DNA of 64,000 nt from Dicyema japonicum. Lineage: Eukaryota > Animalia > Dicyemida. Shown piece after piece: positions 61,100 to 64,000 of the stretch. The first letter of the stretch is position 1; each line of letters opens with the position of its first letter. Where the stretch lies: NCBI GenBank assembly GCA_011109175.1, contig RDEW01000068.1, forward strand, positions 145,900 to 209,899, read 5' to 3'. The notes under the pieces were generated by a model, which saw only the letters and a program-made list of their open reading frames with translations, ran no database searches and was not told where the DNA came from. Position numbers and translations under genes: made by a program.

Positions 61100-63140
61100 G
61101 TTGAGAATTCAAAAGTGTTGATAAAGGTGGACACAGTAATCAAAATCTCAGTTTCTGTACAGTACATTAAACCAGATAATGTGCTTTATGACAAATTATC
61201 AGGGTGGTGGGCATTACTTACTGAGAGATTTTGTGAACAATGAAGGTGGGGAGTAAAGTGAAGTAGGTTCTTTTCTCAGACGAATACATCTGTGCAAAGT
61301 TATCCCTTAATGACATGAGATTGTTTCGTTACTAAATTCCAGAGGTACTTGAGACAGTTGGAAGTGGATAGAAATATTTACGCGTACAACCACCAGTCAT
61401 CGAAAGAACCCTTGAAGGCATGTCCCCGAAGCACTCGTGTGAGTCCTCTTGTGAACCGACAATGCAATAGTAAAGAGTTTACTAAATCCTGACTACGGAC
61501 GGAAGCAAAGGGGATGCTAGAAACCATCAAACTAACAAAGCGGTTTCACCGTCGTGCGAAACCTCTCTCATGTCGTCCAAATGTTCTCACATATTATTTT
61601 ACGTACTTGAGATCAGCATCAAGTATCTCAGAAGTGGGAGTCCACAGAAACGTAGCCCAGTCTCAACGAAGTATTCCTCCATCACTATTCTAGGCAGGTA
61701 TTCATTTCCAATCACAATATATGCCCGAAGAGCCAAATAACTGATCTCAAGACTCAAAGGATCTTTGATCAAACAAGCCTTTTTGTCTATTTTCTTTGGT
61801 CAATTCAGTCCGAACAATGCTCTGAGCTGCCTTCGATGAATCGAGTCTATTCGAGCTCTCCAGGTTTTCTCGCTGCCCACGTTGAGTAATTGTACAATAA
61901 ACTGATTTAAGCGTTATATGATCAGAATGATATACTTGATCATTTGTTGTCAATCCAGTTCCTTTTGACTTTGTTATGTGCAGCTGTAGCAAGGGTATTT
62001 CTTCCAACAGTGTACTCATTGTCTCCAAGTAAGGACCCAAGCTTATTGGTATTCCTCCATGGCTCATCTGATCTTCTTTCCATCCTTCTATATTCACTAC
62101 TTATGTTTTGAGAACATTCATTGTTATTAACCATTTATAAAGTTCATTAGGAGTCACTTCCAATATCCGAAGAAGAGCTTATCTATCCCCTGATATTAAG
62201 TCGATGTCTTCAGCATAAGTGGATTCAGCTATATCACCATTAAATTTGCGAAGGTCCCATAGCATCTTCTCCAAGTATGACAAATAACAAAAGAGAGAGT
62301 AAGTCCTCTTGAGGAGTGTCCTGAGTCGTTAATGCCAAACGCAACATTATATGCAGTTTTGGCAATTCGAACTCTCAGCTTTGTGCTGAATAAAAGGACT
62401 CATCATTTCCGCTGAGTTAAAATTCAGAAATCCTTCCATTGTAGTAGACCTCGAAAAACTGTTTCGAAAGTCCTCGGTAAGCATGTGCCAATGATTGTAG
62501 TTGCGTTTTGGTATTTTTAGTTTACAGCTCAGTGTCGTTTGTGGCTCCAAACTATATCCGTCGTTGATCTCCAAGATCTGAATCCGCGATGACTTGATAA
62601 AGATAGTCGTCCACTTGATCTCTGATCATTTTGTATTCTTGTATCTTATATGTATCTTATCTCTGATCATTTTGTATTCTTGTATCGGAATTCCCTATAC
62701 TCCTTTGCGCTAATACAGAGCGTATCCTGTAGAGGGAATTTTGTGGTCACTGTCAGTCCACCGACAAACCTCGAGTAGCACAAAAGAGATGCGACAGAAA
62801 ATCAATCTGATTGGAAATCTTTATCAAAGTTCATATGTCAGTCATATGTCTGCAGCCAGTTTTTTGTGGCTGCATAATGTTGGAACAAAATGTTAAGAGA
62901 AATAAGTTAAAGGCGTAGCAAAAACTGCCAAGACTGTGCTAGGGAAATCCTATTCCCCTTCCATACATTTCCGTTCAAGTAGGATTAATCTGTAGTCTAC
63001 ATGATACTCATCGATTCCTTCTTTGACTTGTCTTGATAGCATCAGATTGATCCTCTGCATTTTTCCAAATAGTGACGTGGTGCCTCTTCAGTCTTTTAGA
63101 CTTCTGCCATTGAGGGTTATATTAATTAACCCGTTAACAT
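61100..63140 (-). mobile_element. Heavily decayed LINE sequence, RTE-like in 61700-63140
   Basis: YAEDID and TPQE...L.LLLF RT remnants and TDSDHKI APE remnant; many stops. Confidence 0.55.
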
Positions 63141-63403
63141 CCCCCAAGCGTGAATTAGGCACCATGGAGATGGGCTTCACAGCCTCAACCAATAAAGTTG
63201 ACTGCTTATAGCCTTTAACTGATTTTTTAATAAATTCAATTATCTATCCGCACATTAACAGTGTAGTCTCACTCAATTTCCCTTGACGGGGTCACCTTAG
63301 TGTCAAATTCAGTCACTAAAATCGATAAAGGATGACAAGTTTACGCGGAATTAAAACTGTCGAAGTTTCGTTGAGACGTAACTAATATAAACGTAACATC
63401 ACG

Positions 63404-63716
63404 ATGTTAAGGGATTTATTAATGGATAAGATGAGAGAGAAGAACAGACTGGCGGCAGCCAAGTACAGAAAAAAGATAAGCTCGAGGATTAGGGAACTAG
63501 AACATGTATTAGTGTGACTTATATTAGGAATTGAACAGTAAAAAGATGGAATTATGTAAAAAACTGAAGGATTCTGCGTTTAAAGATTATTTGAAAGCTG
63601 TTCTTGAGGGGAAGGAGAAGATGCCACTTGACAGAGAGACGATCGTTACAATGTCGTACCAAGAGTTTGCGGATTACATGAGGGATTTTTTTGATAAAGC
63701 TTCACGCCTACCTTAA
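63404..63716 (+). CDS. Small bZIP protein (ATF-like basic region)
   Basis: KMREKNRLAAAKYRKKISSRIRELEH, a 22-nt intron, then ELNSKKMELCKKL. Start and end are uncertain. Confidence 0.68.
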
Positions 63717-64000
63717 TTATTTATTCAAGGTCAATGTTCTTTCTGGTTAATTTGGTTCGTTTGGATAACAATTAATGCTAATGACCGTGAGTCATTCAAT
63801 TATAATGACACGTGGTAAATGTAAGTCATTAGGAGGGGGCATTTCTCAATGTCATTCTTAATTTGGTGTTCTTTAAGAGTTCAATACACTCTCCTTATGC
63901 TTTCGTTGCATACAGGTGCGGTATTTTTCGTGGGAGGTTGCTGCAGTCACATAACTGGGAAAATTTTGTAGCGTCTCGATTACTGTGGATTGGAAATCTT

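Overview
This is AT-rich eukaryotic, apparently animal, genomic DNA with compact genes broken by ultra-short GT-AG introns (21-29 nt). That pattern is known from dicyemid mesozoans; the taxon is inferred, not shown. The dominant structure is a large inverted duplication: 1-1429 plus 13557-29212 mirror 57673-59104 plus 42020-57410 around a 12.8-kb single-copy spacer, and an 11.7-kb block (1814-13556) occurs only in the left arm. Duplicated genes: methylmalonyl-CoA epimerase, a class C GPCR-like receptor, HACD/PTPLA and a PIM-like pseudokinase. Left-only block: a near-intact R4/Dong-like RLE retrotransposon, a SINE-disrupted cathepsin L-like gene and a CAP/SCP gene. Spacer: a RagA/B pseudogene, a FLYWCH fragment, DHFR, a SAM-carrier-like SLC25, a PAR/NFIL3-like bZIP and HP1. 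A second small bZIP lies at the right end. Much of the rest is decayed non-LTR retroelements (I/Ingi-like, RTE-like, CRE-like), two SINE families and a MITE. Best leads: a SINE family whose body folds with HDV-like ribozyme topology and shares its 3' tail with a local LINE type; a 2A-like peptide in a nearby I/Ingi-like LINE; GPCR copies that differ in protein sequence only in the ectodomain; and an RLE retroelement recalled as microsporidian-like. Many apparent frameshifts are single-base indels that differ between arms and are probably consensus errors. All alignments and translations were done by eye.
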